Sequence record: PQ301181
Source: Escherichia phage EP02SG
Direction: 5' to 3' (one strand)
Length of the DNA stretch: 64,000 nucleotides
In this document: in pieces, positions 23,105 through 32,468 of the stretch
Position numbering within the stretch: position 1 is the stretch's first letter
Layout: each line of letters begins with the position of its first letter
The notes under the pieces: model-generated
The model's input: the letters and a program-made list of their open reading frames with translations, nothing else
Databases searched by the model: none
What the model was told of the DNA's origin: nothing
Translations under genes and position numbers: made by a program

Positions 23105-24214
23105 ATGATTAGTGTAAAAGAAATAGTAGTAGATGCAAAGGATTTAAATAAAGCAATCCCAGTCTCAGAAAGTGCTGGGCAAAGCACTAAAACCGAAACA
23201 ACTACTAAAACTTATGTTGCTCAATTTCCTACAGGAAGAGCAGCCGGAAATGACTCCACAGGAGACTTCCAGGTAACAGACCTTTATAAGAATGGATTAT
23301 TATTTACCGCGTACAATATGTCTGCACGCGATTCAGGATCCCTCAGGAATTTACGTCCGGCATACGCCGGCACTTCATCTAATGGTATCATATCAGATTT
23401 AACAGATAATGTGAAAGATGCAGTGACTAAATTCTCTAATGGGTTGCTTCCTGCCGGAGCTAATAAACCTACTATAAATAAAACTCCTGTTGCTAATATA
23501 CTTTTGCCACGTTCCAAATCTGACGTTGATACAACTTCACATCGTTTTAATGATATTGGTGATAGCCTTATTACTAAAGGTGGAGGTACTGCTACGGGTG
23601 TTTTAAGTAACATTGCTTCTACTGCAGTTTTTGGTGCATTAGATTCTATTACTCAAGGGCTTATGGCTGATAATAACGAACAGATTTATACGACTTCTCG
23701 TAGTATGTATGGCGGTGCTGAGAACCGTACTAAAGTCTTTACATGGGATTTAACTCCACGTTCAACCGAAGACCTTATGGCTATTATAAACATTTACCAG
23801 TATTTTAACTATTTCTCATATGGTGAGACCGGTAAATCACAGTACGCCCAAGAGATTAAAAGTTATTTAGACGAATGGTACCGTTCAACGTTTATTGAGC
23901 CTATGACACCAGACGATGCAGTAAAAAATAAGACATTGTTTGAAAAGATTACTGCGTCATTAACAAACGTATTAGTTGTAAGCAACCCTACAATTTGGAT
24001 GGTTAAAAACTTTGGTTATACGTCTAAATTTGATGGATTAACTGACGTATTTGGTCCATGCCAAATTCAAAGCGTACGTTTTGATAAAACTCCAAATGGA
24101 CAATTTAATGGTCTTGCTGTTGCTCCTAACTTACCGTCAACATTTACGTTAGAGATAACAATGCGAGAAATTATTACATTAAACCGTTCTTCACTTTATG
24201 CGGGGACTTTCTAA
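23105..24214 (+). CDS. 48: Baseplate tail tube cap gp48
   Basis: 369-aa ORF; position and size match T4 gp48. Confidence 0.88.
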   Translation: MISVKEIVVDAKDLNKAIPVSESAGQSTKTETTTKTYVAQFPTGRAAGNDSTGDFQVTDLYKNGLLFTAYNMSARDSGSLRNLRPAYAGTSSNGIISDLTDNVKDAVTKFSNGLLPAGANKPTINKTPVANILLPRSKSDVDTTSHRFNDIGDSLITKGGGTATGVLSNIASTAVFGALDSITQGLMADNNEQIYTTSRSMYGGAENRTKVFTWDLTPRSTEDLMAIINIYQYFNYFSYGETGKSQYAQEIKSYLDEWYRSTFIEPMTPDDAVKNKTLFEKITASLTNVLVVSNPTIWMVKNFGYTSKFDGLTDVFGPCQIQSVRFDKTPNGQFNGLAVAPNLPSTFTLEITMREIITLNRSSLYAGTF

Positions 24215-25176
24215 TGTACTCTTTAGAAGAATTTAATAACCAAGCTATAAATGCAGATTTCCAACGAAACAATATGTTTAGTTGTGTATTTGCTACTACA
24301 CCATCAACCAAATCGTCTTCACTAATTTCGTCAATTGGTAGTTTTGCTTATAATAACTTAGGGTTGGATTCCGATTGGCTAGGATTGACTCAAGGTGATA
24401 TCAATCAGGGCGTAACAACCCTGATTACAGCAGGAACACAGAAATTAATTCGAAAATCAGGTGTAAGTAAATATCTGATTGGAGCAATGAGTCAACGTAC
24501 GGTACAAAGCTTGTTAGGTGAGTTCACAGTAGGAGCTTATCTGATAGACTTCTTCAATATGGCATATAATAATACAGGTTTAATGATTTATTCTGTAAAA
24601 ATGCCTGAGAACCGATTATCTTATGAAACGGATTTCAACTATAACTCCCCGAACATCCGAATTACCGGCCGTGAAATGGACCCGTTAGTAATAAGCTTTA
24701 GAATGGATTCCGAAGCATCTAACTTTAGAGCAATGCAAGACTGGGTAAACTCAGTCCAAGACCCTGTAACAGGTCTTCGTGCTTTACCACAAGACGTCGA
24801 AGCAGATATTCAGGTTAATTTACATGCACGAAATGGTTTACCACATACCGCTGTCATGTTCACCGGATGTATTCCTGTTAGTGTCTCTTCTCCTGAGTTA
24901 ACGTATGACGGTGATAATCAGATAACAGTTTTTGATGTAACATTTGCTTATCGCGTTATGCAATCAGGTGCTGTAAATAGACAGGCTGCTTTAGAATGGC
25001 TGGAATCAGGACTTATTAGTAGTGTTTCAGGAATGTTTGGAAATAATCAGAATGATTCTGGTCTAGGAAGTGCAGTATCAAGACTTTCTAGATTAGGTGG
25101 GACTGCTGGAGGTGTGTCTAATATAAACACATTGACAGGTGTGGTGAATTCTGCGTCAAGAGTTTTAGGACTATAA
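24214..25176 (+). CDS. 54: Baseplate tail tube initiator gp54
   Basis: 320-aa ORF, same length as T4 gp54. Confidence 0.88.
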   Translation: MYSLEEFNNQAINADFQRNNMFSCVFATTPSTKSSSLISSIGSFAYNNLGLDSDWLGLTQGDINQGVTTLITAGTQKLIRKSGVSKYLIGAMSQRTVQSLLGEFTVGAYLIDFFNMAYNNTGLMIYSVKMPENRLSYETDFNYNSPNIRITGREMDPLVISFRMDSEASNFRAMQDWVNSVQDPVTGLRALPQDVEADIQVNLHARNGLPHTAVMFTGCIPVSVSSPELTYDGDNQITVFDVTFAYRVMQSGAVNRQAALEWLESGLISSVSGMFGNNQNDSGLGSAVSRLSRLGGTAGGVSNINTLTGVVNSASRVLGL

Positions 25177-25178
25177 AG

Positions 25179-25203
25179 AAAAAGGGAGACAACGTCTCCC
25201 TTT
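25179..25203. terminator. Bidirectional terminator between gene 54 and the alt-side operon
   Basis: GGGAGAC-AAC-GTCTCCC flanked by AAAAA and TTT. Confidence 0.65.
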
Positions 25204-25209
25204 AGGGGT

Positions 25210-25503
25210 TTATTTACGGAATGAAAGGAATGCTGGTGCTCGGAATGGAGTATCATCTTTAGAGTATTTAACTAATACGACCATTGGTACCTCTGTTTCT
25301 AAATGTCCCGTCACTACACCGACAAAAATTTGATCAGTGTGCTCAGGGTCACGAAAGTTTTTAAGAGGTTCCATAGCAATATGGAATGCACCTGGGAATA
25401 CTCGATTCAATTCGTCAATCACAGCTTCGTTAAAAGCATCATCCGCTGGGATAACATCTTCAACTACTAGTTCTTGACCATTAAAGCGAAGCATAGATTT
25501 CAT
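25210..25503 (-). CDS. Hypothetical protein (97 aa) downstream of alt
   Basis: Start set at the internal ATG (MKSMLRFNGQ...) with GAGGA RBS; the longer track ORF would overlap alt and swallow the early promoter at 25533-25562. Confidence 0.5.
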   Translation of the reverse strand: MKSMLRFNGQELVVEDVIPADDAFNEAVIDELNRVFPGAFHIAMEPLKNFRDPEHTDQIFVGVVTGHLETEVPMVVLVKYSKDDTPFRAPAFLSFRK

Positions 25504-25532
25504 AACGTTTTCCTCATGTTGTTGATGGGATG

Positions 25533-25562
25533 ATAGTATCACACATCCATGTGTTTGTAAAC
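25533..25562 (-). promoter_or_regulatory. Early promoter downstream of alt
   Basis: Minus strand reads TTTACA - 17 nt - TACTAT; the -35 overlaps the alt stop codon. Confidence 0.55.
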
Positions 25563-27649
25563 TATCCTTGGACAAATTTAAACGGAACTGATTCTAAATC
25601 CATTAAAGATGCTAACAATTTCAATCCTTTAGGAGCACTAGTTTTTTCTACAAATGAGGAGAACGATACCATCTCATCTGATTCGATTTCACCCGTCATA
25701 GCAACCACCTCACCTGTTTCCATGAGAACATCACCGTCGTAAATGACAGCTTCGTCCAACTGGTCCGAGGACATGACTTCAGCTTGAATAAATTTAAGGT
25801 TGGATTCTAAACCTGCACCAGTGTCAGATGACGCATCTGTAATTTTATTTATCTGCAAGAGAATGCCTCTAGGCAAAATAATTTCTTGCTCATTAGGGTG
25901 ATTACTCAACTGTCCAGGATAAATCACGTTAACTTTATGGGCGCCATCAATAGCCCATCCAACGTTAACACGGATTTGGTCTGGTGCATGCATAGCTGTT
26001 CTTACTTGACTAGGAGAAATAGTAACACCTTCGTCATTATTGTCAATGTTAAGCTCTTTGCGAACTTCTTCAGGAGCAAGTCCAAGGGCAACGTTCTCTT
26101 TAAACCCACCAAAAATAATAGGAGCTAGTGAAGTAGAAACATAGTTTCTGAAGTAGAATACCTTATTTTTAACCATTGCTTCGTAAATAGGCATTCTGAT
26201 AGACTGAGCTCTATATAACGTTAGTCCTTCAGGTAAACGGTCTCCATTTAAAAACGCTGAATCAAGACCATCAATAGCGCGTTTAACTTCATCTTCATCT
26301 GCAACATCGTAAAAATCTGGTTTATACCGACCTAACAGCATATTATTGATATCGGTATACGCAGAAGAGGCATATTCACGAATAGCTCGTTTTTCAGCAA
26401 CAGAGTATTGATTAGGGACCCGATTCATTGTTATATTAAAGGTGCCTCTAGCCGATTCTCGTGCATAAGTATACATCACATTAGACAAGAACGCTGATTT
26501 ACGTTGTTTCCAAGTTTTTTCAGATACTTCAGCTAAAACGTCGTCAGCCAGTTGGAAATTATCACGTCTAAAATCTTCAAACCATTCGTCTTTAATAGAG
26601 TCTGCAATTTCATTTGCAGCTTCAACAAAAGCAGCTAATGCTTTAACAGATGTTGTTTTTTCAGTTTTAATTTTCTTAGCAAACTTTTCTAAAGTTGGCT
26701 TAATAACACTACCATAAGAAACTTCATCAGCAAATCTAAAGGATTCATCAATACGATTATAAATCTTATTTTCGATATCAGCAACTAAAGTGCCTTTTGC
26801 CGTGGACGATGCTTGGGCTAGTACGATTTCATATGCTTCAGGAAGTAATTCGGCTGTAGCTGGGCCACTAACTTCTTTAGCAGAATTTTCGTATTTCTGG
26901 AATAACTCACCTTCTTGTCGGTCAGCTTCTAAAGATTGACTTGCTGCAATAGCACGACGAGAAATTTTAGTACGAGCAATAACAGGCTTATCTTTACGTT
27001 TTTCTTCTACAGCAGCAATAGAGCCAGCGATAGCCGTTTCTTTGGTGACCGTTTCGCCGGTCTTTTTACTCACATAAACTTCGCCAACATCAGAATCTAC
27101 TTTCGTGTACAACTCTGTGTTAATGTTAGGGATGCCTTTAATATCTTCAATGTTGGCATTTTTGCGAACCATCATCACATAGGTGTGTTTACCTGTGAAT
27201 TGATACATTGCCGACAATACTTTAAAACGACCACCGGTTTTAGTAGAAACTAAACGAGCAAGAAGAGTTTGAAGCTGCTGTCCGCGTCCTTTCAATTTCT
27301 TGGTAGGGAATCGGAATAGAACTGCATCCATACGAAGAGCTTTAACCTGTTCATATACTGTATTGAAAATGGTGTTGATTGCATCAATAGGAGCAGGACC
27401 AAGGCCATTTTTCAATTCAGCGAGATTACCCTTTTCAGACAGACTCATAATAACAACATGAGCGTATTTGTCGCCAAGTTTAACTTGTTTTACAGCGTCG
27501 CCTTCGGAAAGGTAAGAGAATAAACGAACTACGATGTTTGTATCAACATCACCAATTTTCCAGACTTGTGGAACTTTAGCTTTAGGGTTCAAATTGACGA
27601 CAGGAAGACTGCCTTCAGATTCAAACACTTCATTTAATTGTTCGGACAT
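25562..27649 (-). CDS. alt: Alt ADP-ribosyltransferase (packaged, modifies host RNA polymerase)
   Basis: 695-aa ORF (T4 Alt 682 aa); position between gene 54 and gene 30; C-terminal ART-like region with STS (YVSTS) and EQE motifs. Confidence 0.85.
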   Translation of the reverse strand: MSEQLNEVFESEGSLPVVNLNPKAKVPQVWKIGDVDTNIVVRLFSYLSEGDAVKQVKLGDKYAHVVIMSLSEKGNLAELKNGLGPAPIDAINTIFNTVYEQVKALRMDAVLFRFPTKKLKGRGQQLQTLLARLVSTKTGGRFKVLSAMYQFTGKHTYVMMVRKNANIEDIKGIPNINTELYTKVDSDVGEVYVSKKTGETVTKETAIAGSIAAVEEKRKDKPVIARTKISRRAIAASQSLEADRQEGELFQKYENSAKEVSGPATAELLPEAYEIVLAQASSTAKGTLVADIENKIYNRIDESFRFADEVSYGSVIKPTLEKFAKKIKTEKTTSVKALAAFVEAANEIADSIKDEWFEDFRRDNFQLADDVLAEVSEKTWKQRKSAFLSNVMYTYARESARGTFNITMNRVPNQYSVAEKRAIREYASSAYTDINNMLLGRYKPDFYDVADEDEVKRAIDGLDSAFLNGDRLPEGLTLYRAQSIRMPIYEAMVKNKVFYFRNYVSTSLAPIIFGGFKENVALGLAPEEVRKELNIDNNDEGVTISPSQVRTAMHAPDQIRVNVGWAIDGAHKVNVIYPGQLSNHPNEQEIILPRGILLQINKITDASSDTGAGLESNLKFIQAEVMSSDQLDEAVIYDGDVLMETGEVVAMTGEIESDEMVSFSSFVEKTSAPKGLKLLASLMDLESVPFKFVQG

Positions 27650-27685
27650 AGTGTTTTCCTTTTAGTAATAATTTATATTTATGCC

Positions 27686-27705
27686 AAAAAGAGCCCGAAG
27701 GCTCT
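27686..27705 (-). terminator. Terminator after ORF 27705-27914 (minus strand)
   Basis: GAGCC-CGAA-GGCTC with AAAAA on the plus strand (U-tract on minus); overlaps the ORF stop codon. Confidence 0.55.
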
Positions 27706-27914
27706 TAATCCACAATCGGGAGCAAAGTACGATAAACTTCAAAATTGGGGCCTTTTTCGTACCCATTAACGTTATCTACGAAAACCCGATACGAATTTTC
27801 ATTAGGAAAATCTAATATAATCTGAGAGCAAGAGGTGGAAACATCTCCACCATCCTTCTTAGCTACAATAACTGTTTCTAAATAAGCTTTCATTATAAAC
27901 CTGTCTGGGACCAC
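27705..27914 (-). CDS. Hypothetical protein (69 aa)
   Basis: Small ORF between gene 30 and alt, followed by a UUCG-hairpin terminator. Confidence 0.5.
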   Translation of the reverse strand: MVPDRFIMKAYLETVIVAKKDGGDVSTSCSQIILDFPNENSYRVFVDNVNGYEKGPNFEVYRTLLPIVD

Positions 27915-29386
27915 GGTCCAAATACGTCTTCAAATGAATCCGCTTCTGTTTTATCAAAACGGAACCCTTTAATAATTGGAAGGAAAATACCTACAGTGCC
28001 TTCACGGCCTTTAGAATGAACCCAACCATTACATTCACAATCAGCAATACGTCCAATTAATTTACCTTCACGAGCTTCGGCCATTAATCGTTCACGGTCT
28101 AAATCATGACGCTCGTCTAAAGGAATAAGAACCTTTACACCGTCAACTGTTTTATGAGTTGTATCTTTAAAACCTGAACCACAATCAGTTGTAATACGAC
28201 GACAACGTGATACGAGTTCGACACCACCTAATTTGTTAGGGTCTTTAGAATGTTCATAGTATCCTACAACTTCTAAAGCGATATCAATAACTTCTTTAAA
28301 TTTAATTAGGTTCTTAGAGCGTTTGTTTTCCCAATATGAATCACGGTTTTTAAGGATAATACCTTCAAGACCTTGGTCAACATATTTTTTATAAACCACT
28401 TTAGCTTCGTCAAGATTACGAACTAACTGATTTTCAATTGGTTCAATTCGCTTAAAGCCTTCAGCCATATTTTCAAGAGCAGCAAAACGAACATCGTATT
28501 TCTGACCTTTAATTTTGCCATCAGAATAGACTTCATCTAAAGGAACATAGTCCCAGGCTTGAAGAACCATACCTTCCGCTTCTTTAGGAGAAATAGTCCC
28601 TTGAAGAGATTTATTTGCTAAACCATTTGAAGTGCTACGGTCTGCAACTTGTACTTCTTCGGATTCTTCATTATCACCAAATAAGAACGACAGGTCATTT
28701 CCTGAGCTCACAGCCTTTTTAATATCGAATGAATGATAAACTAATTCACCGTCGATTAAAACCCCATTAGGGTGTCTTTCACGAGCTTCTTTAGTCATTT
28801 CCATTAGTTCATCCGCTAATAGAGTAAGACCATGGTATTCATTACCGGCACGAGAAAAGAATTGAACACCATCATCGCGAACTTCAGCGAAACAACGAGC
28901 ACCATCTGCTTTTAATTGGGCAAATGCGGGCCATTTAATATTTTTAGTAATCAATTTCTCATCATATGCAGATGCTAACATCTGTGGTTGCAATTGAATA
29001 AGTCCAGGCCACACCTTATTCGCGATAGACACTGAAGCACCTACTTCAAGGTCGCGCATCATTACACGACGAAGGACTTCTACATCATCAGGTTTACCAT
29101 CAGCGATATAACCCATGAGCTCTTTAATTGCAGCATTACCAGTGAGTTTACGAGTGGCTAATGTGAACTCAATAAAATCCAACATGTCATCTAATTCAAG
29201 AAGTCCATACGCTTGAGACCTTTCACCAGGACCTGGCCATTTCTTAATATAATACTGGATACCGCGTGCATATGTTAAACGATACACACGTTCAAGTAAT
29301 TTGTTGTCTTTATTTTTCTTAAGGATTTCTTGTTTTGTTTTAGTAGAACCGATCGCAGCTATTTGGTTTAAAATATCTAAAATCAT
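27893..29386 (-). CDS. 30: ATP-dependent DNA ligase (gp30)
   Basis: 497-aa ORF; ligase adenylation motif KADGAR; matches T4 gp30 as recalled. Confidence 0.95.
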   Translation of the reverse strand: MILDILNQIAAIGSTKTKQEILKKNKDNKLLERVYRLTYARGIQYYIKKWPGPGERSQAYGLLELDDMLDFIEFTLATRKLTGNAAIKELMGYIADGKPDDVEVLRRVMMRDLEVGASVSIANKVWPGLIQLQPQMLASAYDEKLITKNIKWPAFAQLKADGARCFAEVRDDGVQFFSRAGNEYHGLTLLADELMEMTKEARERHPNGVLIDGELVYHSFDIKKAVSSGNDLSFLFGDNEESEEVQVADRSTSNGLANKSLQGTISPKEAEGMVLQAWDYVPLDEVYSDGKIKGQKYDVRFAALENMAEGFKRIEPIENQLVRNLDEAKVVYKKYVDQGLEGIILKNRDSYWENKRSKNLIKFKEVIDIALEVVGYYEHSKDPNKLGGVELVSRCRRITTDCGSGFKDTTHKTVDGVKVLIPLDERHDLDRERLMAEAREGKLIGRIADCECNGWVHSKGREGTVGIFLPIIKGFRFDKTEADSFEDVFGPWSQTGL

Positions 29387-29652
29387 TTGATGTCCTCGAT
29401 TTTGGTTACGGTTCTATTATAAGCCACTTCATCTAGAAGCGATTTCAGCGTTTTCTGATAAGTGGTAATCCATTTACCGAGACCTTCAACATAATATTCT
29501 GAAATGTAGATGAACCCTTGTTCAACACACTCTTTAAATATTTCTGCGTCTTTTACTGAACGAAACAATGGCCAGTCTCGAAAGAACATGTTAACGTGAC
29601 CGTAGTCACGCGTTGTGTTTTTGCCATCTGTAATATCATGAACTACAAACAT
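29383..29652 (-). CDS. Hypothetical protein (T4 30.x region)
   Basis: 89-aa ORF, 4-nt overlap with gene 30 start. Confidence 0.55.
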   Translation of the reverse strand: MFVVHDITDGKNTTRDYGHVNMFFRDWPLFRSVKDAEIFKECVEQGFIYISEYYVEGLGKWITTYQKTLKSLLDEVAYNRTVTKIEDIK

Positions 29653-29661
29653 AATTAACCC

Positions 29662-30477
29662 TTAACAATTTGTAGACCAAGTCCATTTGGACGAATCTAA
29701 AGGAAAGTTTTGAATCGTCCACCATGGCTGCATATCGGTTGGTCCTTGGGTTCGCCAGGTATACGGATTCGACGGAGCGCCAATTTGATTAGGCCATGCA
29801 CCTGGACTTGTTGTACCAGATTCTTTAAGCAAATCCGCCAATCGTTTTAAAAGATCTTCACGATCTGAATCTGAATTATGCTCGGGTGGAACCAAACGAG
29901 ATTCAATATCATCCCATGTGTGTACACGTTGTGCAGTACGGGGAATGACATCACGTTCACCACGAGCCAACCAATAAATCGGTACATTAAGAATTTCTGC
30001 TGCATGGTCACAGTGATGAGCTAAATCGTCAACGTAACAAATCACGTTATATTTTGTTTTAGCTAGTTCGAATAATTGTTCCTTTGAAGAATCATGACCA
30101 CACATCATTACTTCAGAGAAAGCGCCTGGGAACAAAGCATTCAAATTAAATTGTCTATTCAATCGAGCATCAATTGAATCACCTAGCGCCGTCACGGCTA
30201 CAAAATTATAGTCTTCTTTTAGTTTATTGATAACTCGAAGAGCATCCGAATAAGGCGCTAAGTAACGAATAAAATCAGAACGATTATATTTTTCTATTAA
30301 TTGTTTACCGAGGTTATCGTCGGTATTGAATAGTTTACCAGGAGAAATAAATTTTTCGTCCTGAATCATTTTTAAAATATGTTCTAATGGAAGATTATAT
30401 TTTTGGGCAAAATAAGGAAGTCCAGATTGCCAGCTTAAACATACACCATCAATATCAGTCAAAATAGTAGGTTTCAT
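29662..30477 (-). CDS. HAD-superfamily hydrolase-like protein (T4 30.x region)
   Basis: 271-aa ORF; N-terminal HAD motif I DIDGV (DxDGx); later ...DDLAHH... consistent with HAD motif III. Confidence 0.6.
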   Translation of the reverse strand: MKPTILTDIDGVCLSWQSGLPYFAQKYNLPLEHILKMIQDEKFISPGKLFNTDDNLGKQLIEKYNRSDFIRYLAPYSDALRVINKLKEDYNFVAVTALGDSIDARLNRQFNLNALFPGAFSEVMMCGHDSSKEQLFELAKTKYNVICYVDDLAHHCDHAAEILNVPIYWLARGERDVIPRTAQRVHTWDDIESRLVPPEHNSDSDREDLLKRLADLLKESGTTSPGAWPNQIGAPSNPYTWRTQGPTDMQPWWTIQNFPLDSSKWTWSTNC

Positions 30478-30941
30478 AAAGAGTCTCTTAATAGGTTTAA
30501 CACATCAATAAATTCAGCTTCGGTTAGTATTGTATCATCTTTTGTTAGACCGCTAGCCATGCTGTGCTTCAAAATTTTTCCTTTAGAGGCTTGTAAGGCA
30601 TCACGAAACCCCTTGTTTTGGATCGCGGCTTCAAAATATGCATTTGTGTATAATTCTTTCCACGCTTCGGAGTATCTTGAAAATGGAACTCCTAACCAGA
30701 AGAGAGTCCCACGGTCCTGAGCTCTTGCATAAGACCTTCCAGCTTGTTGTGCAGCCAATCCAGACAACCCAAATATACGTTTTTGTTGTTCAACGTTTTT
30801 CACCTTACATCCTTGGAGAAATCCTTCAAGTCCTCCGAATTGAATACCATCCATAACAAAAGGCCATTGAGCAAAGTTACTTAATGCGCATGACGGCCAT
30901 TTGAAATTGCTTCTTATTTCTAATTCAGACATCTTTAACAC
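30474..30941 (-). CDS. NADAR (YbiA-like) domain protein (T4 30.x region)
   Basis: 155-aa ORF; LSNFAQWPFVMDGIQFGGLEGFLQGCK resembles the E. coli YbiA/NADAR core (FSNFAAWP...DG...E.YFQAQK) as recalled. Confidence 0.6.
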   Translation of the reverse strand: MLKMSELEIRSNFKWPSCALSNFAQWPFVMDGIQFGGLEGFLQGCKVKNVEQQKRIFGLSGLAAQQAGRSYARAQDRGTLFWLGVPFSRYSEAWKELYTNAYFEAAIQNKGFRDALQASKGKILKHSMASGLTKDDTILTEAEFIDVLNLLRDSL

Positions 30942-31137
30942 TTATAATTTCAACATCGGCCCAATGACCATAAGCCGGTAGACGGTCTTTGATAGATAAT
31001 CCACCGTCATATTTCAGCATTTTAATTGTTTTAGTATATGGTTCAACTTTTCGGGCCCATGGGCTTACATCAGTCACACGATACGTAACTTCAACCATTT
31101 CTGTACCTAACAATTTCTGGATTAATTTATTCAACAT
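30925..31137 (-). CDS. Hypothetical protein (70 aa)
   Basis: Small ORF in an operon-like array, tight spacing. Confidence 0.5.
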   Translation of the reverse strand: MLNKLIQKLLGTEMVEVTYRVTDVSPWARKVEPYTKTIKMLKYDGGLSIKDRLPAYGHWADVEIISVKDV

Positions 31138-31324
31138 GTTTCAACCCTTTAATAGGAGATAACTCTTTACCCATACGTATGTCAGAAGTCCAATCAACCC
31201 ATTGAACAGCATACGCTTCATTGATAATTCCAGCGGCGGTTTTAAATTCAGGGAGAACTTTAAAAATCACCCCAGGAATTCCAACACCTTTTAATTGGAC
31301 TGTTTGTGCTATTAAAAATTTCAT
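31127..31324 (-). CDS. Hypothetical protein (65 aa)
   Basis: ATG start verified; early promoter 31349-31379 upstream. Confidence 0.5.
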   Translation of the reverse strand: MKFLIAQTVQLKGVGIPGVIFKVLPEFKTAAGIINEAYAVQWVDWTSDIRMGKELSPIKGLKHVE

Positions 31325-31348
31325 ATTTTTCCACTTACTAAAGAAATC

Positions 31349-31379
31349 ATTATACTCTAATCCGTCCTTGGATGTAAAC
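31349..31379 (-). promoter_or_regulatory. Early promoter
   Basis: Minus strand reads TTTACA - 18 nt - TATAAT, upstream of ORF 31127-31324. Confidence 0.55.
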
Positions 31380-31993
31380 TACTTAATGAAATTAATTTCT
31401 ACAGGATGAACAACAGGTTGAGCAGTGATATATTGAGTAATTGCTTTCATGACTAGAGCTTCAGAACCAGGATTTTTCTCAACGAATTCACGTGCTTGGT
31501 TATGAGCTTCAAGTTCACTTAGTAAACCACTTCGTTGACATCCACGGTCTTGAGTACCCTGTTCAGATAAAAAGGCGACGATGTATTTTTCATCGTCATA
31601 CGGTTTAGGCAGTTGAGCAAATGTTCCTTTACTTCCGAAAGGAGAGTTATGTCGCCACATAACGCCGTTAGGAGTTTCAACCTTCGTATATTCATGCGGG
31701 CCATTTTTCTTAGTTTCTTGTTGTGGAACTTCATGGACCTTAGGGTTAGGACATTCAATAAAATGCTCATCTAAATCAGTCGAGAATATTAAAGTAAAAC
31801 AATTACTGAATTTACCAACACCGGCCTGATAAATTTTACCTTCAGAAGTTCTAATTTCACAAACTGAGCCAGCATCAGTAACTTCTAAAACTTCAAAAGG
31901 CTCGATAAGGTCATATGAGAACATGTTTTTAAGGCGTGGAGTAATATCCCCATTTTTAAAATTCATTTTATAAAAAGTATTAACTTTAAACAT
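31379..31993 (-). CDS. Hypothetical protein (204 aa)
   Basis: Track ORF begins at a TTG inside a hairpin; first ATG (MFKVNTFYK...) with GAGGA RBS chosen as start. Confidence 0.55.
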   Translation of the reverse strand: MFKVNTFYKMNFKNGDITPRLKNMFSYDLIEPFEVLEVTDAGSVCEIRTSEGKIYQAGVGKFSNCFTLIFSTDLDEHFIECPNPKVHEVPQQETKKNGPHEYTKVETPNGVMWRHNSPFGSKGTFAQLPKPYDDEKYIVAFLSEQGTQDRGCQRSGLLSELEAHNQAREFVEKNPGSEALVMKAITQYITAQPVVHPVEINFIK

Positions 31994-32005
31994 AATTTCC
32001 TCAGT

Positions 32006-32021
32006 GGGAGCCGAAGCTCCC
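32006..32021 (-). other. UUCG hairpin immediately upstream of an RBS (minus strand)
   Basis: GGGAGC-CGAA-GCTCCC; on the minus strand the hairpin is followed by ACTGAGGAAATTATG (start of ORF 31379-31993). Confidence 0.5.
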
Positions 32022-32028
32022 AATTAAT

Positions 32029-32394
32029 TTAGATATCAAATTCGTTAAGAACTACATCAAAGATTGCTTCGAGATGTTCAGGTTTAGCTCGGTTACTCAG
32101 GATATGACGAATCCAAGTTTTAACCAGAAGTTTACGATTAACACCATTCCAGCAAGGATGAGTACCTAAATCACGCTGACGGAAATCATCATCTAATGCA
32201 ATTTTAAAATTTGAACCTTCCATCGTGATTGAAACCGTGATACCATTTTCAAATCGCATATAAACGTAATTAGGAGTCATGCACTGTTCGATTTCACAAA
32301 CTGTACCGTTTTCGTGTTTCCATAAGCAAATAACTTCAGAAGAACCAGCAATACCGTTAGAAACATATTTACGTTCGAAGTTGGTGTAGTTCAT
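32029..32394 (-). CDS. Hypothetical protein (121 aa)
   Basis: ATG start with GGAG RBS; early promoter 32436-32464 upstream. Confidence 0.55.
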   Translation of the reverse strand: MNYTNFERKYVSNGIAGSSEVICLWKHENGTVCEIEQCMTPNYVYMRFENGITVSITMEGSNFKIALDDDFRQRDLGTHPCWNGVNRKLLVKTWIRHILSNRAKPEHLEAIFDVVLNEFDI

Positions 32395-32435
32395 TTTATT
32401 CTCCGGATGTTTAAGTTGTTTGTTGGTACAGGTCT

Positions 32436-32464
32436 ATAATAACATAACCTGTACCAAAGTAAAC
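32436..32464 (-). promoter_or_regulatory. Early promoter with -10 inside a 10-bp inverted repeat
   Basis: Minus strand reads GTTTACT - spacer - TATTAT; inverted repeat TTGGTACAGG (32423-32432) / CCTGTACCAA (32448-32457) brackets the -10. Confidence 0.5.
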
Positions 32465-32468
32465 TGTT

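Noticed and set aside
25210-25575. 121-aa ORF overlapping the alt 3-prime end
   Set aside because: It would overlap the alt stop and swallow an early promoter; it was shortened to the internal ATG at 25503.
31379-32023. 214-aa ORF starting at position 32023
   Set aside because: The first codon is TTG inside a GC hairpin; a downstream ATG with GAGGA RBS is a far better start, so the CDS was shortened to 31379-31993.
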